A stretch of DNA of 62,842 bases, filler included, from Rhabdomonas costata (taxonomy: Eukaryota), in NCBI GenBank assembly GCA_019059605.1. It is 37 parts of 37 records of this genome, joined end to end, with 100 filler letters (N's around TTAATTAATTAA, not from the genome) between each part and the next. Parts side by side here need not be neighbours in the genome. Positions count along the whole stretch, not along the records: positions 11,907 to 13,511 come from JAHMHO010012230.1; positions 13,612 to 15,212 come from JAHMHO010012231.1; positions 15,313 to 16,913 come from JAHMHO010012232.1; positions 17,014 to 18,614 come from JAHMHO010012233.1; positions 18,715 to 20,315 come from JAHMHO010012234.1; positions 20,416 to 22,016 come from JAHMHO010012235.1; positions 22,117 to 23,717 come from JAHMHO010012236.1; 30 more parts are not named here. One strand, written 5' to 3'. Shown piece after piece: positions 11,907 to 22,814 of the stretch (within the stretch, counting starts at the first letter, position 1; each line of letters begins with the position of its first letter). A program made the translations under genes and the position numbers. The notes below the pieces were generated by a model. That model did no database searches. It was not told where the DNA came from and saw only the letters and a program-made list of their open reading frames with translations.

Positions 11907-12269
11907 TCCAGCGGCTACCTGCATTGCTCCATTGCGGCTCAGGTCTCTGCGATTCCACACTCCTTCCTTGGGGGGCTGGGGTCTTTTCTCGCGGGAACAC
12001 CCCTTGGAGCTTTTCTTTCGGATGGGTGAACGGGCAGTACCTGCAGGCGTCGCCGTGCCAGCTGTGTGTGTGTGTGTGCGTGTGCGCGTGCGTGCGTCAA
12101 ACAAACGGCTCTCTTGGGCAAGGACAAAAGAGGACGTCTTGCGCGAAACCACAACCCTGCACAAAACACATTCCACTGGGGGGTTAAGTCCCGACTTCCC
12201 CTCCTCCCCTCCTCCATGATTGAACCATTTGCCATTCGTAGGGCCCATCCTTGACATCACCACGACAAT
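11907..12269 (-). CDS. Putative CCCH-zinc-finger-like exons within the tandem unit
   Basis: Splicing AAATG|GT (~12225) to CAG|C (~12061) gives MSRMGPTNGK-C-WHGDACRYCPFTHPKEK. The frame continues through the terminal repeat into ORF 13193-13483. Confidence 0.4.
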
Positions 12270-12325
12270 CTGAAAGCGTTCTTTCGAGAGAGGCGTGAAA
12301 GAGAGAGGCAGAACATATCAGACAC

Positions 12326-12510
12326 CGTCAAAGGAGAGCTTCTCGTTCCACAGGATGGGCCCGCGGCTCGGGGCCTCCGGGGTGAAGATCTGCGAGTACT
12401 TCGTCTCCGGGCCGTGGGTGAACACCAGGCACAGCGGCAGCGGGGGGGCTCCCCAAGGTGAACCCAGCCCGCGGCTCTCCGTGGCAAAGACGTGAAGCGA
12501 GCGCAGCGGC
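12326..12510 (-). CDS. C2-domain exon
   Basis: AG/GT-bounded exon PLRSLHVFATESRGL...LCLVFTHGPETKYSQIFTPEAPSRGPILWNEKLSFD, matching the C2 LxVxxxEARxL...PxWNExFxF pattern. Confidence 0.6.
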
Positions 12511-14038
12511 CTTTTTGTTTTCCAGGTGTTTGGGTCTTCTTTTGCTGCGACAACCGGAGGTAGGAAGAGTCGGGGTCCTCACTCTCTCACTCTGTGAGTG
12601 GGGACCATGAGATGAAAGGCAGGATCAAACACGCAACATAGGGTCCCGGAAACTGAGAGATTGGTCTGTAACATTCCGATCTGAAGTCTTTTTGCCCTGT
12701 ATTCCATCCGCTGGTCTCGGATGAATGATTCTGAGTATAGGTGCATAACCCCCAGCTGCCGTGTAGCTTGACGCACAAAGATGTGTCGCCAAAAGAAGGC
12801 TTTTTCGGGGCAGAAGCTGCTATTTGCCCCAAGGCAGCGTCTCATTTGAAGCGCGGCACAGGCGCAAGGTTAGATCGAGAACCCGTTCCGTCCAGGAAAC
12901 AAAAAATCAGCCTACTCAGCATAATGGATGCATTCCATGACGTAAGTAGTCTTTAAAATAGAAAAAGGACGCCATGATGCCGAAAAATGGAATGTGAATG
13001 ATCGTGGCGAGGTGCCCCGTGGTTATTATTAGTTTAAGTTTCAGAACAGACCGGTTAGGGTTCAGCGTTTTTTTTTCGCGACACCAGAACGTCATTTTTT
13101 CACATAGTACGTGTCACCATACACGCGCAGACGCAAATATGACAAAACAACGCTAACCCGAAACTGGTCCCTCTGGTGTAGCGGACCGGCACTCAAGTGG
13201 TAAGTGTGTGTTGGGCGCATTGCGCGCTGGCTGTTGCCTGGTTGACTGGTTGGTGGTGACCACTGGGGACTGACTGGCGCACGCGCTGTTGGCCACGGGT
13301 GCTCGCAAGAGGTGCCGTTGGAGCGAACGGTGCCGTGGGGAACCGGAACCGGCTCACCGCCGAACGTTCCACATCTGGTAACCTCCCTTCTGCCCCACGG
13401 GTCCCGGGCCATTGTCGCGCAGCTGCTCTTTTCCACCGGCTACCTGCATTGCTCCATTGCGGCTCCGGTCTCTGCGATTCCACTCTCCTTCCTTGGGGGG
13501 CTGGGGTCTTTNNNNNNNNNNNNNNNNNNNNNNNNNNNNNNNNNNNNNNNNNNNNTTAATTAATTAANNNNNNNNNNNNNNNNNNNNNNNNNNNNNNNNN
13601 NNNNNNNNNNNTGTTGGGTGTGGTTCGAAGCAAACTTGCGCATTGGTTTTTCAGCTCTTCGGGATGCGCTTTGGTAGTGTTTTGCTTACCAAATTGGTTT
13701 GGATGGGCTGCGACCATGTGAACAGCCAACCGAATAGTGCTCTGCGGAGTTTGCAGCTGTGGCCAATATGTTGCAACGCAATAAGTAAATTCTCTGATTG
13801 TATTGATTATATGACAAACCGTGGCTTTTGGTTGAGGTTTGAAGCAAAATAATTAAAATATGGATGGAAGCAGGAGGCTGTTCCTCTTTCGAAAAGTGAG
13901 TATTCTGTCTGGGCTCTTGCAACCTGTACGTTTGCTTTGCTGATCGTTACTTCGGGTGTGTTCACAACCGTAGGTATTTTATCTGTCAGATGCTGTTGGA
14001 CGAAGCCAGCGGGGTGTTCTTTATCGCAGCCTTTAATA

Positions 14039-15171
14039 ATGGCAGCCTTTATACTTTTTGTGCTTTTTTTGTCTGTGTTGGGGTTCATCGTGGGCCGCCT
14101 CCGTTGGAGCTCTGCACTTCTCGAGCTCAAAGGAAAGGTTGTGCTTGTGACTGGTGGGGCCCACGGCATCGGTCGTGAGCTTGTCCGACTCTTTGCTCAG
14201 CAAGGTTGTCATGTGGTAATCTGGGATGTGGACCGGAACGCTGGGGAGGAAGCTGCCTTGAGTCAGCTTCCTCTGGGGTCTTGCCGTTTCTTTTGCGTCG
14301 ATGTCGCGGACGAGCCCGCGGTTTCTCGGGCCGCACAGCAGATGATGCGTGACTGTGGCCCCGTAGACGTTCTGGTGAACAACGCTGCCGTTGTCGCGGT
14401 TTGACGAAGTGAGAAGCGAGAAGCGAGAAGAAAGAAGCGAGAAGAAGCGAGTGTGAAATTTGCAAGAGATCTTTGAGTCTTTGAGTCTTTGTCTTTGAGC
14501 GACCTTATTTGTTTTTGCAAGGCGAGCTTGCCTATGTGGTGTCGTTGATTGTGCACTGTGTGTGCTTTTTGGGGACGGGGTTGATTGTTAAAGTGGTTGT
14601 GTTTTTTCTCTCCGCAAAGTGCTACAGTGTGAGTAATGAATCTCGGTACATGTAAATTGCCGCGAGGAGTGCGCCGTGCGTTTGGCTCCGCTCGGATTTC
14701 CCGCTGGTGATGTTCCGGGTCTGTTGCAGACCTGAAACGCATGAACAACATTTTCACACCCCACCCACACAGAATGCAACAACGTTCGTGCAACGTTAGC
14801 CGGGAGCTGGAACCATCAACTTGCGAATGTTATGTTCCACAAATGCCGACAGTCTGTCAGCCAAGAAGGCACAACACACACCCACACACCCACACCCGCC
14901 CATTCACCCACCTACACGGGTTTGCTGGCTTGCCCCTGGCTTGCCCCCAATTTTTCCAAATCTTTTCCCCGCACCACTCCCTCCCTTCGCAGGGCAAGAC
15001 CATTATGGAGGAGACCGCCCCGGAGAGCGCGTCCGTGCTGGGTGTGAACTTCATGGGGCACCTGCACACCTTGCGGGCGTTTGTTCCCGCGATGCGGGGA
15101 CGGGGCGGCGTGGTGGTGGGAATCTGCTCTGTGATGGCATGGCTGCCTGCGTGTGGGCTGGGATCCTACTG
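14039..15171 (+). CDS. Short-chain dehydrogenase/reductase (17beta-HSD11/RDH10-like) with N-terminal TM, exons 1-2
   Basis: VVLVTGGAHGIG (TGxxxGxG), CVDV, VDVLVNNAA, VNFMGH, ICSV...GLGSY. Exons 14039-14398 and 14993-15171, GT-AG. Confidence 0.92.
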
Positions 15172-15312
15172 GTGCCGCCGTGCTTGTTTTTCATTGTACA
15201 TTGCTTTTTTTTNNNNNNNNNNNNNNNNNNNNNNNNNNNNNNNNNNNNNNNNNNNNTTAATTAATTAANNNNNNNNNNNNNNNNNNNNNNNNNNNNNNNN
15301 NNNNNNNNNNNN

Positions 15313-16538
15313 GTTTTGGTGGACTTCAAGGCGACCACAGTGATGTTCCCCTTGTACAGCTTTACCTGCGGCAGAACCGAAGTGGACGTTCCCCCACAAG
15401 CTGACAGCATGGTCCAGACGAGGATGGAGGGGCGAGATGGGTACATGTAATGCGGGTGAGAAGATAACCTTTGCCGTCCCATCCACTTTCTTGTTCTGCG
15501 AGTTGACGTAGGCATGGATGTGGTACATCACGGGATCGTACCACCTGAGAGGATACCAGGACATACGATATTCCCTAAGACTAACAGACATCTGCTGCCA
15601 GTATGGGAATAAAAATAATTTTCGTTGATGCAGTAGGCTATTAAATGGTATTCTATGCTGGACTTTTGAGAAAGGGAAGGCCATGCTGTGAGTCGGACAA
15701 TGAAACATTTCATAACCGAATACAGAAGGGCAAGATCTGTTGGCAATTGGAGCTGCACAGAAAATGCAAAACACAGCAGGAAGCAAGCGCAGAGCGAGCA
15801 GTACTTGGCGCCGTAGGTGAGGTACGCCCTGCAAGAAAAACAGACGCACAAAGTGCCCGGGGTCACTCGTGTGGTGTGAAACAAACAGCCCCGGCATCTG
15901 CCCAAGGTTGGCATAACCATCAGATTGCATGGTTTGCGCAATATCTTCCCGTCAAACCGGAGGCTGCTTGCCGTTGAGCGGCGTGCACATATACGTGCGT
16001 GTGGCATTTCAAACACATATGGCTGCTGAGCAAACAAGTGATGGGGAGAGAAGAAAACCAAAAGCAAAGCAGGGATATTTTTACAAAATATTTCTCACAA
16101 AATTTACAAATAAATGAGCAGTTTAAAAGAGCTTTTTCAAGCTTTTTTTTACATTTAGGAACATACCATTTACCTGAAAGTCGGATTGAAAAAGGACAAG
16201 TTTGTCGTGACCACAGAAATGTCTGTCACCTTCAGGAGACCGGTGTCATGTGGTACGAAAGTGCAGTGCCTGGAAAACTGCTCCCGTGGTGTTTACAGTG
16301 GTATTATGCCATGTTACCGGGTTCTTCATTCCACCCCCACCCCCCCCAAAAATGAATCCTGGGAAAGTCTGGGGGCCAGACAGATGACATGCAAGTGAAT
16401 ATCAGAGGCAGATCCAGACCATTTGTTGTCAATGAATGCCTTGAGCTCGTTCTCCTCGCGGGTGGACACCAGCATCTCAAGCCGACGGTGAGCGGCGATC
16501 AGAACCGCAGCCGCGGGATTCTCGTAGACTCCACGAAC
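15313..16538 (-). CDS. argG: Argininosuccinate synthase, four internal exons
   Basis: Exons 16538-16420, 15828-15805, 15544-15469 and 15365-15313 splice in phase to VRGVYENPAAAVLIAAHRRLE...KWAYLTYGAKWYDP...VDGTAKVKLYKGNITVV. Confidence 0.93.
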
Positions 16539-17013
16539 CTGTGATGGGTCATCGAAACCGACACATGAGTTTCTGCACGGGTTTCGGGGTGTTGAGGTTC
16601 TGACCATGTGAATTAAGTAGAGACACGCATAACATTAAATTATGTGTACGGCACATTAGAGCGGCGTTATACCTACGTGTCATCAATCCCCTCAACCCAT
16701 CGTCAGCACATTCTTTCTCACAACGTTGCAGCATGTAAAAGAAAATGCAAAATGGATGTTGCAGTCAGTAAATTGCAACCACACGCAATCTCCATGCCGA
16801 AAAACGTTTCCATACCAACCCACTATCCTCACAAACACAACGCAGAAAAGAAGAGCAGGAATGCGACCTTTAGGCCCACCACTCGGTCCTCAATGAGCAC
16901 GGTCACCCCCACCNNNNNNNNNNNNNNNNNNNNNNNNNNNNNNNNNNNNNNNNNNNNTTAATTAATTAANNNNNNNNNNNNNNNNNNNNNNNNNNNNNNN
17001 NNNNNNNNNNNNN

Positions 17014-18614
17014 GTGGGTGTGGAGCGTGTGGACGCTTGGCTTTGGCGGAGGAGGAGCCCAGGGTGGCCACTTGCGCCTCCAGCGCCGCGATCCTCTGGA
17101 GCAGTTCCGCGCGTTCGGCAGCCCACCGGGGAGGCAGAAGAGTCACCGGGGCAGAAGTCGGAACAGGGAGGGCTGTGGTTGTGACTGGCGCCGCCGAGGT
17201 CGTAGCCTCAGAATGGTGGTGCTGTTAAGGGACGGGAGAAGGACGCCGGGCTTGGCGTTCCTTCGCGAAGACCTTATTTTCGCGCTGGAGCTGCGCAAGC
17301 TCTTCCTGAAGCTTCTGCTGCTCGCTTTTCAGGTCCTCCTCGACGAGTTGCCGCAGCAGCGCCTCCATGACGCCGAGGCCGGGACAGCAGGGGAAGTGGT
17401 AGGGGCGATGGTTGGAGCCAGACGTGGGGTACCTACGGGGAGTGTTGGTGCCTCCGGTGGGGAGAGGTGTCTCGAGCTCGTCCTCCGAGGCAGTGGCTGA
17501 CGCTGGTGGGGCCCGCATCGTCTGGGGTGCACGACGGAGGCCCTTGCGGGAGGCGTCGAGGTAGGACTGTGGTTTCGAGGGGGCAGTCATCTGCTGGGTG
17601 CCACTCGCTGAGGTGGGAAGGGCAGGGAACTCGGACGTGGAGGACCTAGGCGCCGGAGGACACATGGGCGCTGGCATCGGCTTATGAGGTGTGCGGGTCC
17701 ACGCTGTGGAAGTGGTCCGCCGGGGCCGGGCGGGCTGGACTGTGACAAGGGCTGAGTCGACAGTCCAGATAGTCGCTGTAGGGGCCGAGGCAGCCTCCAC
17801 AACCCAAACACGGGCCCCCCGACGCACGAAGGTGCGCAGCGCCCTCCAGGACAATACCATCGCCGCCAACACGCTCTCCATGCGGCTCGGGCCCACCTCC
17901 AGGGGTACCCCTGAGACCTCATACAGCTGTGTGGGAGGAGGCTTGGCCTTCCCTTTCAGCGCCGCGTAGGCCGCGGCCAGCTGGTCCGCCGCCACCCGCA
18001 CCCCAAGGCCCCGGGTGTTCCGCACCACCCCGCACGCCCCCGGGATGCCGCGCGCCTTCTCCAGGGCGTCGGTCAGCGGTAGGTCCAGCCAGACCACCCC
18101 GTGGAGATCCCGCTCCGCATCTGCCGTCTCTGGGCGGAACAGCTGCCGGAGGAAAATCCCGGCCTGCCAGGAGGAGGTGACGCCTGCCGTGGGGGCAACC
18201 AGAATCACCGCCCGGAGGGCCCGGGAGCCCTGCACCGCGCCCCGGTAGGCCAGGGCGAACAAGTCGAGCAGATCCGCGTGGCGGGACAGCCGCCCCACCA
18301 GGAGACGGCGCAGGCCGCGGGCGACGTTGTGCTGCAACTCCTCTCAGGAGGAGGGGAACCACCGTTCATCCACCTCCACCACCAGCTTGGTAGTGGAGTG
18401 ATCGGAGGGGGATGGCCCGCCTGGAGCGTGATGAGGGTGGGGGCCACTGGGGAGCGCCAACAAGAGTGGACCCAGATCCTTGCGTGGAATAGCTCCGTTT
18501 CTCGCTGGAGAGGGACCTAGAACTCGTTCGATTTCAAGGAAGAGTGGAGGGAGCGCATCGTAAATCCACTCGATAAGGATGGTGGGTGATGGTAAAGGCT
18601 TGCCACCACCCCTT
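17014..18614 (-). mobile_element. Probable non-LTR retrotransposon ORF1-like gene, pseudogenised
   Basis: GC-rich, intronless 370-aa ORF (GLGVRV...YEVSGVP...W...R...WVVEA...P) followed by a Pro/Thr-rich linker and coiled coil. In-frame TGA at 18344-18346 and apparent frameshifts near the 3' end. The family call is by resemblance only. Confidence 0.5.
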
Positions 18615-18714
18615 NNNNNNNNNNNNNNNNNNNNNNNNNNNNNNNNNNNNNNNNNNNNTTAATTAATTAANNNNNNNNNNNNNNNNNNNNNNNNNNNNNN
18701 NNNNNNNNNNNNNN

Positions 18715-19001
18715 TGTTTGTTTCAATGGGACTGCGCGGGTTGGGGATGGTCTTTTGACCGCAAAGAGAGGCGCTGCCAGAGCTTATCTCCCACACCTGC
18801 GAGGTATAGCAGGTGTAGTGTATGCAGCGTATTAGTTGCAGATCTCAAATGAAATCTGGTACAGTACAGTCGTATTGGGAAGGGGGGGGGGGCGTCAGCC
18901 GTTTGACGGCATTAAGCGTTTTTGGACTTTGCCTTTCAATTGCTGTCGTTCTTGTAGTACTTCGCTGTGGAGCGGGCGAACCAGTCCCATTGAAACAAAC
19001 A
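18715..19001. repeat. 20-bp perfect inverted repeat pair (possible MITE TIRs)
   Basis: 18715-18734 TGTTTGTTTCAATGGGACTG is the reverse complement of 18982-19001. Confidence 0.75.
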
Positions 19002-19727
19002 CGGTGCTCCACATCCCTGAACGTCACAGCAAGCTAAACAGTCAATACACAAGCTCGCAACACCTTATTGGATGCTCAAATGGAAACAGAATACAACAGA
19101 ATCGTACAGCCGAGACGAACTTCCATGCAACGTCGGTGACACGAAGCAAGAAATCGGGGGGCAGTGTTGCAGAAACTGCACCGGACATGAAAGGTTGAAG
19201 AAAAATTGATCATGGGGGCAAACAGAGACAACTTGTGAAGCGTTGCGTGCGGCACCGAATCAAATGTTAAAGAGGAACTGCCGCGATCCATGAACGGGAG
19301 TAGGGCCCGTCACTTCAATCGAGGGGGCAAGCAGCTGTGAGAAGAAAAAGCAAAACCCGTCGAAAACCTGTCAGTACCTCTTTAACTAATTGAAATCATA
19401 CAGGATCCTGGCAAGTCGGGTGGGGCGATATAATTATATGGGACATAATTACAGCTTCCGAGTGGTCTCTACGACTCTGTGACAATAATGCTGAAGAAAA
19501 TGTGTTCCTCTCGGAATGGATCCGTATGATCACTCAAACAACCAGCAACACACATAAGCTTCCAAAATCTGACCGCAAAAAACCCACGAGACAAAAAAAC
19601 AACCACAAATATTTCAATTTAAGTCTCAGCTAAGTACTTTTTATTGTCACAAAGCAAACAAGATGATCAAAATATGTGATCGCATTCAATCAATCGCATT
19701 CCTTACCCCCAATGTGTGGGCCCATCA

Positions 19728-20251
19728 TTAATGTGTGACTCTCCTTCGGGCCTTTTTTGCTTGTCGCCAGGTCTGAGTCGGTAGCCAGAAGAGAGGTGCT
19801 GCTGCCACACTGGGAACCTCCCGCATTTGCCGGGAATCTCTGCGTTCTGAGGAGCAGAGAGGTGTTTGCAAAACAAAAAACAATGCAAGCCGCAGCCCGG
19901 CGGGGGGGGGGCGGGGAGCGGAGAAAGTCCGGCCTTGGAGGAGGACAGTAACCAAACACCTTCGAGGAAGGAGGACAAATCATCCTGTTTTACCGCGCTT
20001 ATGGAGATGCGGCTGCGGCTGTGAGAATCGCACATGCCTAAATCATAGATACTTTTAACGCCATATCCTGCAGTGCCCTACAGCTCTTGCGTTTGCACCC
20101 ACCACTCGGGCCACAGATCAGCATGCGAACATGCACACAAACCCTTGCCCTCGGCGACGAGGCCAGGGAGCTGGCCGACTTCGGGGACCCTGGCGATGCG
20201 GGCGACGCCAACATGCGCCCGGAGCCAGCACCCAGCACCACGGAGCCCGTG
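19728..20251 (-). CDS. Possible 3' exons of a hypothetical Ser/Pro-rich protein
   Basis: Phase-compatible AG/GT-bounded segments: ...SPASPGSPKSASSLASSPRAR-DDLSSFLE-ERRDSRQMREVP...*. Confidence 0.3.
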
Positions 20252-20417
20252 GCTGTTGCAAACAAGAGAAGAAGCGCCTTGGAAGAAGCGCCCAAAACGC
20301 CAATTACCAAAAACCNNNNNNNNNNNNNNNNNNNNNNNNNNNNNNNNNNNNNNNNNNNNTTAATTAATTAANNNNNNNNNNNNNNNNNNNNNNNNNNNNN
20401 NNNNNNNNNNNNNNNTG

Positions 20418-20501
20418 TGGTGTGCAGTATTTATATTTTTCAATTTGTTATTTTTAATAAAGTAATAATAAAAAATTGAAAAATATAAATACTGCACACC
20501 A
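20418..20501. repeat. AT-rich hairpin, 29-bp perfect stem
   Basis: 20418-20446 is the exact reverse complement of 20473-20501. Confidence 0.9.
20471..20479 (+). promoter_or_regulatory. AAAAATTGA, Mimiviridae-type early promoter-like motif
   Basis: Exact motif in a very AT-rich flank about 40 nt upstream of the decayed gene. Confidence 0.45.
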
Positions 20502-20518
20502 TACATATAACAATATAA

Positions 20519-21838
20519 ATAGATCCCCTTGGAACCGAGAAATCCCTTTCTAATCGTTCACACATCGCAGACGAAATGTCGTCTCTGAGAGAGATTGCGC
20601 AGTCTTCGATGAACCCAACCGCTGTCTTTTCGCGTCGACCACGTGCACTGGATTGAGACCAGCCACAAATTCGAGATATGAGCACAGACAGCACGGCTAG
20701 TGCAATATCACCGATTGATGTACATCAACCAATGTTGACAAAAAAAGATGTGCCGGTTGAGATGATTGACGTCTGTCATGTTACTGACGCGACGTGAAAG
20801 GATGAATATCTCGCAGAAAACACAAGGAATTAATGAACTATTCAAAGCAGAAAAAGAACAAGTGTCGGATAGACGATGTAATAGTTTCTACATGACACTG
20901 ACCGTTCTACTTCATTGTTTGTCTTCAATATGTCCGCAAGTTTGCAGGTAAAATATGCCAAAAATCCTTATATTGACGGTGCCATCAGCAAAATCGAACA
21001 GTTGTTCCAGGATGTTCAGGGATCGGAACGTTCGCCATTTGCAAAAGTTGTCATCTTGACAGAAGCGATATATGATGCATATCGCGATCAAGTTCGCGAC
21101 TATGAAAAGAAGCGAGACCCTCGACGGAATCCAAGACCACTCCGTCTTCCTCCTCTAGATTCTGAAGAAACACCACTACAAGCGTTGACAGCTCTTGCAA
21201 GGCGACCACGAGATGAAAGTAGAGATCTTGTAAGGCAAACACGAGAGGACAGTCTTCAACGAGAAGCTGAAGAAATGGTAAGTCATACTAGACGCGGAAG
21301 AGATAGAACTGGAGCATGCGATCGTAGCCGTGCTAGGCCTGTCTCTGGATGGTCGTTCTGCTTCTTGCGACAGTCAGTCCGTTCATATATAAAGCCTGAC
21401 CGACTCTTTTCTTTTTTAACATAATTGTTATCACGTTGAATTGTACATTCTGGTAAACTACGATCAGTACTGCCGACACTTCATTTCGCAATGGACTCGC
21501 TAACGTACAGCAGTTCCTGAAGCAGTCTGGTTTCAGGAAATACTACGATCAAACGAACATAAAGAATAAAGCTCAAATTACGTCTGTTCTGATCCCATCT
21601 GAAATTGACAAATTTATCTCTGGTTACTACAAAGAATTAATGGCAATAAAATGTGGATCATGCTGTGTTGCATTCATTGCCAGAATCGTTGGCATCAAGA
21701 AGACGGCAACAAGTGCGACTGTCATTTTTGCACTTACATGCAAACATGGCAAGCTTCACCTGCGATTGTGACGAGACGCAGGAGATTGTTGAAGATCTTG
21801 TCCTTGCACAAAAGGATATGGCCCGAGACATGTACTAG
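20519..21838 (+). pseudogene. Heavily frameshifted, apparently intronless gene of unknown (possibly giant-virus) origin
   Basis: Protein-like segments alternate frames on the + strand: (ATA)DPLGTEKSL..., KTQGINELFKAEKEQ, KYAKNPYIDGAISKIEQLFQ..., LDAEEIELEHAIVAVLGL, NVQQFLKQSGFRKYYDQ...EIDKFISGYYKEL, DHAVLHSLPESL...KDMARDMY*. Confidence 0.55.
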
Positions 21839-21973
21839 AACGCGACTGCACGGCGAAGGACTGCTCTATATATTTTGTTGTGTGTTGCGACTTGTCTTTA
21901 TAAAAACAAGTAGTAATATACAGAAATATGTATTATAAATTGTTTTTATGGAATATAATTTATTTATATACAT

Positions 21974-21982
21974 AAAAATTGA
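21974..21982 (+). promoter_or_regulatory. Second AAAAATTGA motif, overlapping an imperfect AT-rich hairpin
   Basis: Exact motif in the AT-rich region after the stop. TTTTTATG (~21943) pairs with CATAAAAA (21971). Confidence 0.45.
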
Positions 21983-22321
21983 AATAATATTATTTTGCAA
22001 TTGTTGATACACTATANNNNNNNNNNNNNNNNNNNNNNNNNNNNNNNNNNNNNNNNNNNNTTAATTAATTAANNNNNNNNNNNNNNNNNNNNNNNNNNNN
22101 NNNNNNNNNNNNNNNNGGTGGTGGGGGTGGGAAAAATCACCTGTCTTTCAATTTTATTCGGGGAAGGCAACTCTGGCCCCACCCCAGGCAGGACTTTGAA
22201 ACACAAAACCTGCCTCTTCCTTCTTCCCTCTAGGATTCACTTCTCAACTCGTCCTCCCCGCACTGAACCATCTCTCCGAGGCCAAGGGAACAAAACAACA
22301 CCGGCTCCTCAGTAACTCCTA

Positions 22322-22737
22322 GGCAAGCGGAACCAAGCAGACCCGAAACAAGTGGGGAAAGGCTGGGCGGTTGCGGCTTCCGCGTCAGACCCGAGCAGCG
22401 AGGAGGAATCGCGGTGGTTGGGGTTGAAAAGGAATCCAGGTCTTCCGTTTTCCTAGGTGGGTGAAATCGTCCCCTGTCATTTTTCTCAGGTAAGCGGACC
22501 AAGCAGACCCGAAACCCGAGCAGCGAAGAAGAAACCTGGGCTTCTTCGCTTCCCAGGTGGGTAAAATCGCCAGTCTCATTGCATTTGGTGGTCAAAAAAA
22601 AGTCTACTCGATAGCTTTCCTATTGAAAAACTTCTTGTCGAACAGAACAACACAGCAGAACACAAAGTCGTATTTGCCTTTGTATCCCGCAGTATCTCGC
22701 TCTTACTTTTGCCAATTGTACCCTGTCATTTTTCTCA
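22322..22737. repeat. Degenerate shuffled direct-repeat cluster
   Basis: Recurrent modules: AAGCGG(A)ACCAAGCAGACCCGAAAC (x2), CCCGAGCAGCGA (x2), AGGTGGGTRAAATCG (x2), CCCTGTCATTTTTCTCA (x2). Confidence 0.7.
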
Positions 22738-22814
22738 AGTCTTCTTCCCCGCACTCAACCATGTTCTCAAAGCAAAGGGCAAAAGCAAGGCCACCATAGA
22801 TCCTGCCAAGTCAC

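Larger units (their letters stand above)
11907..13511. repeat. Collapsed tandem-repeat unit (~1525 bp) with 80-bp terminal direct repeats
   Basis: 11907-11986 matches 13432-13511 with 3 mismatches in 80 nt. Confidence 0.85.

Noticed and set aside
20519-21838. Alternative genetic code (stop readthrough) for the foreign contig
   Set aside because: The breaks include frame changes as well as stops, so recoding alone does not restore a single ORF.
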